Notes under the pieces: model-generated | What the model saw: only the letters and a program-made list of their open reading frames with translations | Told to the model about the DNA's origin: nothing | Database searches by the model: none | NCBI RefSeq assembly: GCF_026210795.1 | Contig: NC_089430.1 | Location: 2,232,001 to 2,296,000, forward strand | DNA from: Rhizophagus irregularis | Lineage: Eukaryota | DNA: 64,000 bases | Reading direction: 5' to 3' | Position numbers and translations under genes: made by a program | In this document: positions 26,601-38,512 of the stretch, one piece after another | Layout: the number at the start of each line of letters is the position of its first letter | Position numbering within the stretch: the first letter of the stretch is position 1

Positions 26601-28861
26601 TAAAAAAAAGCCTCCAAGAAAAGTGAAGGTAGCAAAGCCACTTCAGTGTTCAAGAAGACAGGATTCTTTGTCCTTTATTAGTGTCAATAAATCTGTCATC
26701 CTGCCCTAGATCTTGCACAATAAAGGATAAAGGAACTAAAATGTCCCTACTGTCATGGTCTTTGGGTGGGATACCAACGTAAGAGTGCGTAGGCTAACCC
26801 TCCTTCAGGAAAATCAGTTCCACCTCTTCTCTTGTCAATCTTTTATTTGTCTGTGAAACTAAAAAGTTGTATTTTAAAATTGTATATGGGATGTAAACTT
26901 GTTTATTAAAATTCCCCTGCTTAGCATGCTTACCTTAATAGATAAATAGATAGGAAAAATGATTCGCTATCTTGTGACTCTTATAATATACCGTTAGTAA
27001 TCAATGTTGCTAACATAGGTTTGATTAGTTTCATGGTAAGAAGGGTATTATGATAAGAAGGATATTGCGGTAAGAAGAATAAAAAAATTAATCTTTTTAT
27101 ATCTTTAATAAAAATAGATATTTTTCAGATTTTCCCATGAGTACACATGAAAACGTGAAAACGTGAAAAACCTTAACTCAGATAGTCTCCCTAGTCTCCC
27201 ACGACTTTAATACACATGAAAATGCGAAAATAATCAGTTTTCGCGTCTATTAAACATATTAAAAAAATCTTAACTCGGAGAATTATTACATAATAGAAAA
27301 TGTAAGTAGAAACAATTTAAATAGTCTTTTTAGACGTTAAATAATTAATTAACTGCTTCCATAAACTATAAATACCAAATGATGACGGATTGCCACTTCA
27401 GATAATAAGTTAAGAAAACGTTATTGCTGACTTTATATGTGAAAACCTTGTATTAAACCTGCATCCGAAGTTAAACGAGGATATTGGATTTATTAGGCCG
27501 GAAGGGAGGTTTTGTTTGTATAATAAAATAATGAACAAATAAATATATGAATATAGGGCCTTAGAATAATTTTATAGTAAAAAAAATACTAGTACTGTAC
27601 TCACTACTTTCACTCCATGCGAGAAAAAGCTTTAATTAGAAAAATTCTAACATATTCTATTAATTCAGATTGTACACATCGTACCAATAAATATTTAATG
27701 GAATAGACTATTGTTAATAATTTGCCTTATGAATATTTATTGTTTCTGATATCTCCCACCGGGTCAGCGAATGTCCTTGAACATCAAGCAACCGAGTGAG
27801 TAGCCTGTGCTCCAACACTGGTTTTGTGTCTCAGCGAATGGCCTTGAATGACAAGAGCTGAGTCACGTCACTATTCTCCAAGTGCATTTCTGTACTCAAA
27901 AGATTCTTTATATATCTCTTAAGGAGCAATTTTGATTTTTCCTGTCTCTTATTTTATTCTTGTTCACAGCCAGTAATAGTATTAAGGCACCTAAAATATT
28001 GATCTATTTTCCAATCGAAAGGTTCTACCTTGCTTACGCTCTTCTTGTAATGCTCCAATCGGAAGGGCTTGAAGTAATTATTCATTCTTATTTATATACA
28101 TATCTCAAGGTAATAATTGATATAGAATAATAAATCAATAAGAGTACATAAATGCCGTCGGGTTATAAGTACAATTTTGATGACCATTTTTTATACCTCA
28201 TTGTACTGTAATCGAGACATTTAACTTAGATTTCAACATGATTCTGTTTCCAATGGTAACGGTTTTTGCCAAGAAAAAAAATTAGTTCAAATACCTTAAA
28301 GTAGGCGAAACTCTACCAATGATACAGCGAATCTGAGAATGCGAATGAAATGTAAGATGCTGTCAAAGAGGGAAGGAGTACGCGGATCCTACCATTTAAT
28401 GCCATATTATCTATTTCTTTGCTTTCTCACTTTTACGAAAAAATCTATAGCTAATTTATTTTTATCACTAATTACAAGATTCTCATCACTACTACACTAG
28501 ATTTTCGAAATAAATTAACCGAAACTATAGGGGACATGCCCAAATTTCAAATCATTAGAAAAAATGAACATTGACATTATGGCAATAGAATGATGCCAAA
28601 ACATGGCGAGACTTTAATAGTAATACAATGTATTAGGAATAATAATTTAAAAACTTTATAATTGAAATAAAACCATTTACACTTCTTTTACATAAAATTG
28701 TTATCAAAATAAAAAAAAGTGAATTGTTAACAAAAAAAAGTTATTTATAATTAATGAATAAATTGAATAAATTGGAGCTTAATTCTTGCCGGAATTAAGA
28801 TTTAAAATTGGCGTAATGTATCAAATTTTAATGCCAGCCAGAATTAAGTTTTAACCGGTTA

Positions 28862-29021
28862 CAGCTGATTTCATAATCAGAATAAGGTAAAACCATAATA
28901 TTAGATTCGGAGCACTGGTCCGAGCACAGTTTATTTTATTCCTAGTTATACCGAATCTTACCGAGTTTCTCTCGGCATGGAGTAAAAATGATGGGTGTCC
29001 CGTACATTATGAAATCAGCTA
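28862..29021. mobile_element. TA-flanked MITE, TIR CAGCTGATTTCATAAT
   Basis: CAGCTGATTTCATAAT...ATTATGAAATCAGCT. The internal sequence is shared with ~3564-3660 and ~51850-51955. Confidence 0.8.
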
Positions 29022-29332
29022 TAATAACCGGTTAAGGTTTTTTTTTTCGGGCGACGCTAGGGTTGTTAGTTGATAACAAAAAAAATTAGGTTTCAAAATA
29101 TAAGAATACAGTATAATGGAGTAAACTCATTATTAAAATAATCAAACAATATTGCTTAACTACTGTAAAAACGTGTTATCGTACATTGAAAATAATTAAC
29201 AAGAAAAAATCTTATTGACTTGTTAATACCAATAAACCAGAGTTCCAATTTCAATATATATATACCAATGGTCATTTTTTACTAAATACGGGTAGTTTTT
29301 TTTAGTATAAAAATGTAATTTATCGCTATTAT

Positions 29333-29619
29333 TAGAGATGCAAACTATGCTCAGCTCTGGTACGAAATCTCGAAAATCATTTGAACGACTGACACAACAA
29401 AATCTCGACAATCCAAAATCCTGACAAGTCAAAATCCTGACAAATCATTATACCGACAAGTTGATTACCCTGACAACTTTAGAACAAAATTATAACACAA
29501 ATAAACTAATTATTTTATTAGAACACACATCATTAGATTTACAAAATTGTCGATATAATGACTTGTCATATAACTTAATAAAGTTACGTCAATTTACGTC
29601 TAATAAGTTTGCATCTCTA
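29333..29619. mobile_element. hAT-type MITE, 14-bp TIR
   Basis: TAGAGATGCAAACT / AGTTTGCATCTCTA. Flanks GCTATTAT and GTTATTAC match at 6 of 8 positions. Confidence 0.75.
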
Positions 29620-31612
29620 GTTATTACATACTAGTAAAAGGGTAGAGATTAAAAATTCTTGTACCAACATATGTTTAATTTTTTTTTATATTGCATTACT
29701 GCCATTTTTAATTATTTTAAGTATATTATTTTGAATGTTAGAGGATTTACTTTATGCTAAATTTTATACATTTTAAAATGGTTTCTATATCTTTAGCCGA
29801 TTGGTAAAACCGCACACGGCCAAACAAATTACATTATATCATCAGGAGATTATATGAGGCGAATATTAGCGTAGAGTTGTCAAATATGTATAATCCCTGG
29901 AAATTTATACTCCGTAAAAATCTATAAATATACAATTTTGCATAATTTACACTTAAAACATAGTTATTTAATAAGGCGTATCTTAAAAAATGTCATAAAA
30001 TTTTCGTGAATAGGTACTAGTTTGAAGTTTTATATCTTGAAATAACTTCTTGAACATGTGATTTAAGTAATCTACACAAAAAAAACAATTTAAAAAAATA
30101 TTTCGTTGATTTTGTATCTTAAAAAGTTTCATAAATTCTACATAAATAGGTAGTTTCAGCAATCTACACTTTCGAAATTTGCATAAATACATGATTTTGC
30201 ATAACCCACGCGAAAATGTAACCTAAAATATTTTGAAAAATTTTTATTTAAAAAAGTTGATTAAAATTTACACAAATAGATATTACTAGATATATACGCT
30301 AAAAAAAAAATTTCTAATAATATATGATAACAATTAAAAATATTTTTAACACTGAGTCGAGGAAAATTAGCAAATGAAGTTTGTTTTATTTTAAATATTT
30401 ACAGTTTTACACTAAAAAAAATTATATAAATATATTTTTATTCTAAGATAAATATGAAATATAATATTTATAATTAATTAAAAAAAAAGAACAAATAGTG
30501 TAGTGGTCGGATAATGAGATTTAATATATTAATAGTTTATCTCGAGGTATTCGGTTCGATTCTTAGTGTAAGTAAAAAATAAAATGTAATTAATTATGAG
30601 GTATTTCGGTCCGACTCTTAGTGTAAGTAAAAAATAATAAAATGTATTCAGTTCAACTCCTTAATGTGAGTAAAAAAAAATAATAAATATTAAAATGTGT
30701 AAAAATTAAGAGAAATTTTTATTACATTATTTTTTTACTATTAAAAAAACTACGTCATTTTTAAAAATACACCATTTTATACTATTGAAAATTCCTCTAA
30801 ATTTTCACACTCGTATATAGTCGCGAGAGGTGTAGATTTGCGTAGTTTTTTCACACGTGTATTATTTTGTAGATCTACGCTTATTTTATTCTCCTGATGT
30901 TGTTATGATTATGAATCATTTTTTCCAAAGTAAAAAATTTTACTGATTTATTTTAATTTAAGGTTACTAACGGAATGAATTGAGTTAAACAAATAATGTT
31001 TTTACTAAAATAGTGGGTAGCGAACTGGACTTACAATTTGCTTTATGAAAGCTACACGTCTATAAAATTCTTATTCTAAACAAAAATGTCTTTCAAATTA
31101 TAATAAAACATTATAATATAACAACACATTAAATTTAGTTTGAAACAAAAAATGTCTTTCAAATTATAAATTATAATATAAAACACATTAAACAAATAAG
31201 CTATAAAAAAACCCTATAAATTACCGGATATTACTCGGGTAAAGTGTTAAACGGTAAAAACGGTAATACTCGTTAAGGAATCGGATCATCCGTCGCATAT
31301 CCGGATTAGCATCCGACGGATGAAAATTATCCGCGGATTAGAACACTAATATTTATACACTTTATTATGATCGAAAATCCGGGTCATTTGACAATTTGAG
31401 CCATTTGCCAAATTTTTTAATGCGAATTTCGACATAAATCAAGAGCATGAACATTATAGTAATATATGATATTTGGCCAGGGTAAATTCTTAATTCTAGC
31501 CGAACCAACTTCTCTTGACGGCATTAATTAAACGTTATCGGGTATTTGTATTTTGAATTAGATGGTACTTTGTATTAATGTTTATTTTGTCTTATTTTGC
31601 ACATATAAACTA

Positions 31613-32047
31613 CATTGCGTTACCTCTATACTCAACTTTTAGAAAAATTTAAATTACTCATAATCCAAACGATTGTATTTTAACCAATAAAAAAAAATGC
31701 CTTTTATTTGTTAAAAAGAATCAAAAAAAAATATCTCAATGTTTTAAATTATGTAAGCATCATATATTCATATGAGCCAATTTCTTTTTTCGAAACATAT
31801 AATATTACAAAGATTATTATGAATGGTTATGATATACATATTACATCATGTTGCATCAATTTAAAATTGGTTATGCAAAAATTATATAGTATAATTAAAT
31901 TATTGATTTTAAAATGCTAAAACTATTTTTATTTAATAAAAATTATTGGTTAACTTTATAAATATTTAATAAAAAATTTTTTTTAGAAATTTGAAGTTGG
32001 TCAATTATTATTATAAGTTATTGGTTGAGTATAGAGGTAATGCACTG
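31613..32047. mobile_element. Tc1/mariner-type MITE, ~24-bp TIR, TA TSD
   Basis: TA|CATTGCGTTACCTCTATACTCAAC ... GTTGAGTATAGAGGTAATGCACTG|TA. Confidence 0.8.
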
Positions 32048-32535
32048 TAGTTTCATAAAAGAATCAATAGTCACGGTCGAATTTGTACTGCTTGATCTTG
32101 TGCCGCGTAACAACCACCATTAAAAAAAACAGCTTTGTTGTTTTACATATTTAAAATATTAAATATTATTATTTTTTGCTAAGTATAAAATATGATAATT
32201 AAATTATAAATTTATTTTTTAAAATAAGGTGATTTTGTTAAATATTAAAGAATAGGTCTTCTTTTCATTAAATTTTAAAAGACAGTTTTTTTTTTAATTG
32301 TTGTCCAAACAGTTCTGGTACAAGATCATCATGATAGCAAAATTTTTCAGGCGCTCTCGGAATGGTTCGTGTATATTTGAAATTATCTTAGATGTAAGAA
32401 TTAGTAATCCTGAGATGGTGTAATTCTACATAAGTTTACACAAGTTCACGTAAATTTTCGTAAGAAATTTACGAAACTTACACAAGCTTATGCATATTTA
32501 CAAATTTATGTAAGTTTTCGCAGGGTTACGCCTAT

Positions 32536-32710
32536 CCCTGTAATAAAGTCGATCCGTTTTTTATATTCCGTCTTTTTTCCGTAAAAGGCCCAATTAATAG
32601 CCTTATATCACGGAATTTATCAAATTATTTACATTTTCCGTGAATGGATCCGTGAAAGGCTCATAATTACGGAGTTTTTACAGAAATAATGGATAAAATT
32701 TTTTATAGGG
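32536..32710. mobile_element. ~175-185 bp MITE with CCCTRTAA...TTAYAGGG ends, 4 copies in the window
   Basis: Similar copies at 35749-35933 (inverted), 36109-36292 and 49071-49247 (inverted). This copy is flanked by TAT/TAT. Confidence 0.85.
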
Positions 32711-32773
32711 TATAAAAACTTCCTGATGAATAAGTAAAAAATTGTGCACACCAAAAATTAAGGTACAACATGT

Positions 32774-33091
32774 GTAACATCACGGCGGATTTATGAAATA
32801 CCCTAAATTTGTCCGTCATGTCAAATTAAATAAATATTTGACAGTCTTTTAGTCACCAAATTTCCCAAATTTATTAGTGAACAGTCAAAAATGAGCCCTA
32901 AAAAATTTTTTTGTACCCCAAATCTTGCGTCTAACCAATTTTCCGTTACCTACCCAATTTTTCCAGTGTTAAAGGTGCGTCATATTTGACATTTTTTAGG
33001 AAAAAAGCTTAATGTTTCTATAAGTCAATTTTAATTCCCGAGGGCGCAGCAGGGTTTTTGCTAAATTTCATAAATCCGCCGCAATGATTAC
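32774..33091. mobile_element. MITE with TIR core CGGCGGATTTATGAAAT
   Basis: 32783-32799 is the exact reverse complement of 33065-33081, with further imperfect outer pairing. Confidence 0.7.
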
Positions 33092-33194
33092 ATTTAAACA
33101 TTAAGAAATTGATAAATTAACAATTACTTATATAAATGGTAGAATGTTAAAGTTGTATTTAAAGATCTTCAAATTATAAACCCTTATCGGTTAC

Positions 33195-33940
33195 GGTACA
33201 TTTTACCGAAATCCATTTTCCCGAAACCCACTTCTCCGGAGCCATTTCGCCGAAGGGATGCTTCTCCGAAAGGACGTTTCACTGAAGTACATTCCATTGA
33301 ACCTATTTACCAAATAATTGCATTTCACCGAATAATCCATTTCACCGAATCGTCCATTTCACCGAATAATCCATTTCACCGAATTCAATTTCGCTGAATG
33401 GATATTTTGCAGCAATTAATATTTTTATGGAAATAAAAAATAAATTATTTTTAGCTCCCTGTATGATGCTTAAATCTCGCATTCTGTAACGAAAATTTGT
33501 AAAAAAGAAATTCTTATTATACAAAATATTTTAAAAAATGTACAGTATGTGTATTTTTTGCCTGCTCTACAAGTTTACTTAAAGCATCAAAGATGGGTTT
33601 GAATGTCATTTTTGACTTAATTTGATAAAACTTTCAAGTTTTTTGTTAATCACGTGTCGCATTTAATTCTGGCCAGAAGTAAATGAGCGGCATAAAAAAT
33701 TTCCTTTCCTGGACTAAAGGTGAGATTTAAGCATCACACTAGACGATAGATTTACCCAATAATTTTTCGGCGAATTGTCCGTTCGGCGAAATATCCATTC
33801 GGTGAATTGGCTTCAGCGAAATGGAATTTAGTGATGGGTTTCGGTAAAATGGTATTTTGGCGAAACATCCACTCGATGAAAACATTCCTTCGGCGAAGTG
33901 GCTTCGGCGAAGTGGATTTCGGCGAAAAGTCTTGATACCC
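33195..33940. mobile_element. Fold-back element with arms built of TTTCRCCGAA repeats
   Basis: Forward (tttcaccgaa)n at 33195-33400 and reverse (ttcggcgaaat)n at 33765-33935. The same family occurs at ~44555-44905 and ~48066-48545. Confidence 0.65.
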
Positions 33941-35748
33941 ATTTTATCACCTTTTATCACATATGCATTGATATCGAAATTTATCACCATGGAACGTCTA
34001 AGATTTCATATTGATCAAACGCGTGAAATTTTCGCAATTAAGTATTGCTTCTTTTATAAATCTGAATAAATATTTTATGACAAATATTTTAATTTAATGA
34101 TGTTTTAGTATAATTCTCATTCATCATCTATAAATACTTGCAATCTTATATTAACCGGACAAATTAAGAAATTTTAAAATATTCTGAATCCCGTTGACTT
34201 ATAACAAATGAACTTACTAGTTCTAATATTAAAAAATAAATGAAGTAATTAATTAAAAATGATAGCACTGAAAGTCACTGTACAAAATTTGATAGATAGA
34301 TATATATATATAGCTTCAAAATTTCGTATATTTAAGATTTTTGTTAACTGTGTTGAAACGCTGAAACGCGCTTCATAAAAGAACTGTAAAATGTATATCA
34401 TGTAAATCATATAAATCATATGATACTCGCTAATAACGAACGATTTCGTAACAACCGATATAGCGCGTTACGAATCCACCACGAAATCTCGAAACCAAAA
34501 TCCCAATGACATAATCTTAACATATATGATCCCGAAAATTCAAAATCCTGGTAATCTAATCCCAAAATTTTAATAATTCCCGAAATTCATTTTCCCAACA
34601 ATTCATTATCCCGAAATTATAATCACTTACGATATCTTATTCAGATTGTTTAGATGGCGGGTTCTTCGAAATTCGAAATTCTGAGACGCGGGAGTTCGGT
34701 GACCCATTCATCCTAAATTTTATCTAACAAATCGTTGACTAACCATTTCGGTTTTTATTCTTTTTTTGGGTGACAAATTCTTCGGATCTTTTGACGTATG
34801 GGGTCATTTTTACCGAACCATGTATGATTATGATATCATATATTCACACAAAGATTATGTACAAATAATCCTATTGGTATTATTACACTTGCAACACTTC
34901 GTATTGTAATCTTAATTTATGGGTTTGTAAGCTATGTTTAACCTCCGAATGTCGTGATTATTAATTACGGCAAGAAACCTTAATTAGGAACCATTCAAAA
35001 ATCTCTATCCGATGATCAGAATACGTTAACTATACTCATAATCCTGAAGATATGTTTTCCCGATTCCTAAATTTCGTTATCCCGACATTTATTACCCCGA
35101 CACTTATTATCCTCTTACAATTTTATTACAATGACATTTTCAAAAAACATAAATAAAACTTATATCACCTATGTGATAAGAAATTGCATTTAATTTTATG
35201 TAAAGAAAGATTTTTTTTTAAAAAAAAATTTTCTGTGATGGGGATAACAAGTGTCGGGGTTTTGGGATGTTGCGGGCGAAACTTTTTTTGTAATTGTCGA
35301 AACATTTCGCCTTTTGAGGTCAAATTCCGACAAACTTCCCAAACTTCCGCAATCTCCGAAACTTTAAACAATAAATTACTTAAGATCCGAAACTTGCCCA
35401 AACCTAATTTTATTAAAAAAAATATAATCTAAACTCGATATACCGATCATGACATATACCCAATGAATTTCCTTTGTCCCGTTTCACAACTAATAAAAAA
35501 AAATCCGATATTATTTATTATAACATACAGTATATCGATATATATACGATATTTTAGATACAATGATATTTAATTTTGCCCAGTACCGTAAATTTGGCTG
35601 AGTTAACCATCATGAATTATTGTTTGGCCAAAAAGTTAATCATAATGCTGGATTATGGCCCGCATTATAGTTTGCTAATGAATTACATGCATCGATACCT
35701 CAATAACTTCATCCAAATTTCAAATTTCGTCAAGTTTTGGAGGTTTCG

Positions 35749-35933
35749 TCCTATAAAAAATTTTATCCGTTATTTCAGAAAAAACTCCGTAAAAATGAGC
35801 CTTTCACGGATCCATCCACAGAAAATGCAAATAAATCGATAAATTCCGTGATATAAGGTTATTAATTCCAGAAATATGAGCCTTTTACGGAAAAAGATGG
35901 AATATAAAAAACGGATCGACTTTTTTTACAGGG
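35749..35933 (-). mobile_element. Copy of the CCCTRTAA MITE (inverted)
   Basis: Reverse complement of 32536-32710. Confidence 0.85.
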
Positions 35934-36108
35934 TCTCCTGCCGAAACCAATTACTAATCAATTAATAGAGTCATAAATTTAATGTCGTGATGGTGGCCGT
36001 CGAGATAATGAATTTCTAGATTATTAAAATTGAATTTTCGGGATTTTCGGGATAGTGAACTTTCAGGATTACGCATGTCGAGATTGTATCTCATCGGGAA
36101 TTTGACTA

Positions 36109-36292
36109 CCCTATAAAAAAAATCATTTCGTTTTTTATATTACATCTTTTTTCCGTAAAAGGCTCATATTTCCGGAATTAATGACCTTATATCACGGAAT
36201 TTGTCAAATTATTTATATTTTTTGTGAATGGATCCATGAAAGACTCATTTGCGGAGTTTTTACAGAAATAACGGATAAAATTTTTTATAGGG
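36109..36292 (+). mobile_element. Copy of the CCCTRTAA MITE
   Basis: Direct similarity to 32536-32710. Confidence 0.85.
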
Positions 36293-37069
36293 CTTTTGGG
36301 ATCCCATTATTTTATAGATGGTCAACCTGACATCAAATCAGTTTCTGATTTTAGCAAAATGGTTAGCCCTCAAGTGGCATCTTTGAAGAATTAAAGGAAT
36401 GGTTCTATATGTAAAAATTGGTGAGAATCAATCTAGTATTTTACCATTTATTTTCGATTTTTTTTTCAAATCCCTACGACGGGCCCAAAATTAATATTGA
36501 TTCCGAAATAATTACAGTTCGACATGTTGAATTAATCTCAAAATGGATCGATAAATTAGAAAATACAGATGAGAGGAAAGCCAATCAAAAATAATTCATT
36601 GTTCATAATTTACTTGCAAAAAGAAGTACAATTTAATTTAAAAATAGCTTATAAAACTTTATTAAGATCATACATTTAGTCCATACATTCCTTAATACAT
36701 TGATATAATGTAAATAAAAATAAATAAAAAGATAAATAAAAAAATATTAGCTTAAGTTATAGGGCAATAAAGTTTTAGTTTTTACGATGTTTACTAAACG
36801 ATTTTTCTTAAATAATTGACATAATTGGCCTAATTATCACCATTTACTGTATCAGCGTATGTTTCTTTAATATGATATCCTTATGTTGAAGTTCATTAAG
36901 TTCTTATTGGTAAAATTAATAAATTAAATAATATTGCAATTTAAAAACATATATAAATATTTCCATATTTTTAAAACTAATATACTGCAGTAGCTAATTG
37001 GAATTGTTGTAATCAATAAAAGAAATAATTTGAAAAACTCAGAATTTCAAATAAGTCAGACATTAATAA

Positions 37070-38512
37070 TTACAATAAAAGATTATGTGAAATTCCACGA
37101 AGAAAATCCATTAATGAATGATTTGATCGATCGATAACCATTGCTCTAATTCTGTTCTCTTTATCAATTATCTTTTGTTTTAGTTTTGGACGCGGTTCAC
37201 CACGAAGAATACTTCCAATTTGCAATTCTGATTGTTGCTGTTCCTTTTGAACCTCCTTAATAATAGTATGAACTCCTGCATGTGTTTGACTAATCAATCT
37301 TCCCCAACGATTAAACCAATCTTCGACGTAATGTTGTTTTCTTAGAATATCTAATTCCACTGAATCATGTACTGACCATAATTGTGGTGGAAAAGGGGGT
37401 GGGATGCGAGTTACAATTTCATTTTGAAATTGTTGTTGCATTATTCCATGTATATAATTTTCCTCAAACCATTGTACAACATCATTTGTTTCTGGCGGCA
37501 TTCTTGATTTTAGAGTATCAAATGCCATGGTAATTTCATTTGATGGCAAGAATGCTAAGGCAAATAAGTGGCGTAACATAAGACTCATATTCTCATTAGT
37601 ACCATATTGAACTGCTAAACCATAATCTTGTATTTTTCTCCAGCCATCTTGTCCTAAGTGAAAAAAGCAGCCTTTATTAATAACACCAGGAAATACTTCA
37701 CGTAATGCATCAATTGCTGCCTTTTCAAAATGGGTAATGATTTTTGATGGTTTTAATTGAATATCATTTTGTTCAGCAAATTCAATCAAATCTTGAAATA
37801 ATGATTGGTAAAGCTCTTTGGATTTACCAGTCATCAATCCATATACCAATGGAAGAAATCTATAATTATCTTCTGCACCAATAGGAGCGTGGATAGTATA
37901 TAATTGGCAAAAGGTTGTTGAAGTTGTTTTAAATAAACCATCCATAATCCAAAATGATGATTGGGATAAAAGCTGAATATTAGCTTTTGTAGTAAATAAA
38001 ACAATTCGCTCATCTCCAATTCTAGAGTCTTTAACTAAAAATAATTCTCCACTTAGAGTGTAACGGAGTGAATCAGGAATATTGGCTTCATCAAGATTTA
38101 GCGGATCTGGTGGCATATTTGCTCTTCTAACACGTTTAATTTTCATACGAAGAGCATTTTGTGATGGTATATAAGGGTAAATTTCTTGCGAAGTATTAGT
38201 AATGTTGTTGTGAATAATTTGCGCGGGTTGATCAGTACTTTCTTGAGCTTGAAGTTTTATTTGAGCGACAACTTTTGCAACTTCAGCATTACTAGCTTGA
38301 GGTGCATGATTATGATCATTAAACTTTCGAAGGTAATGTGATCCATTAATTAACGTTGTTGTTGCTCGTCCTTTGCAATTTTCGGATTTTCTTTTCTCAC
38401 AGCACCAATAATAAATATCTTCTCGATTCCGTTCTTTTACCATTAAATAACCACGGACATTAATCTTGTCATTCCCTTTTTGAGATGGTACGACTTCGCA
38501 AATTTCATCCAT
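37070..38512 (-). CDS. FLYWCH zinc finger + MULE transposase-domain protein (480 aa), probably catalytically dead or domesticated
   Basis: Start MDEICEVVPSQKG. FLYWCH motif YWCC...C.GRA...HNH. MULE motifs MDGLFK, QLYTIHA, LPLVYGLM and GCFFHLGQ. The usual TDFE reads THFE. No introns or stops. Confidence 0.88.
   Translation of the reverse strand: MDEICEVVPSQKGNDKINVRGYLMVKERNREDIYYWCCEKRKSENCKGRATTTLINGSHYLRKFNDHNHAPQASNAEVAKVVAQIKLQAQESTDQPAQIIHNNITNTSQEIYPYIPSQNALRMKIKRVRRANMPPDPLNLDEANIPDSLRYTLSGELFLVKDSRIGDERIVLFTTKANIQLLSQSSFWIMDGLFKTTSTTFCQLYTIHAPIGAEDNYRFLPLVYGLMTGKSKELYQSLFQDLIEFAEQNDIQLKPSKIITHFEKAAIDALREVFPGVINKGCFFHLGQDGWRKIQDYGLAVQYGTNENMSLMLRHLFALAFLPSNEITMAFDTLKSRMPPETNDVVQWFEENYIHGIMQQQFQNEIVTRIPPPFPPQLWSVHDSVELDILRKQHYVEDWFNRWGRLISQTHAGVHTIIKEVQKEQQQSELQIGSILRGEPRPKLKQKIIDKENRIRAMVIDRSNHSLMDFLRGISHNLLL

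Noticed and set aside
26420..26900. Possible non-LTR retrotransposon remnant (also ~5200-5420, ~8130-8500, ~43100-43310)
   Set aside because: The composition is suggestive, but I could not read RT or endonuclease motifs.
33739..34069. Short ORFs here and at 44682-44919, 48025-48213 and 50622-50810
   Set aside because: They arise from stop-poor TTCGGCGAA or TTCCCGAA repeats of non-autonomous elements.
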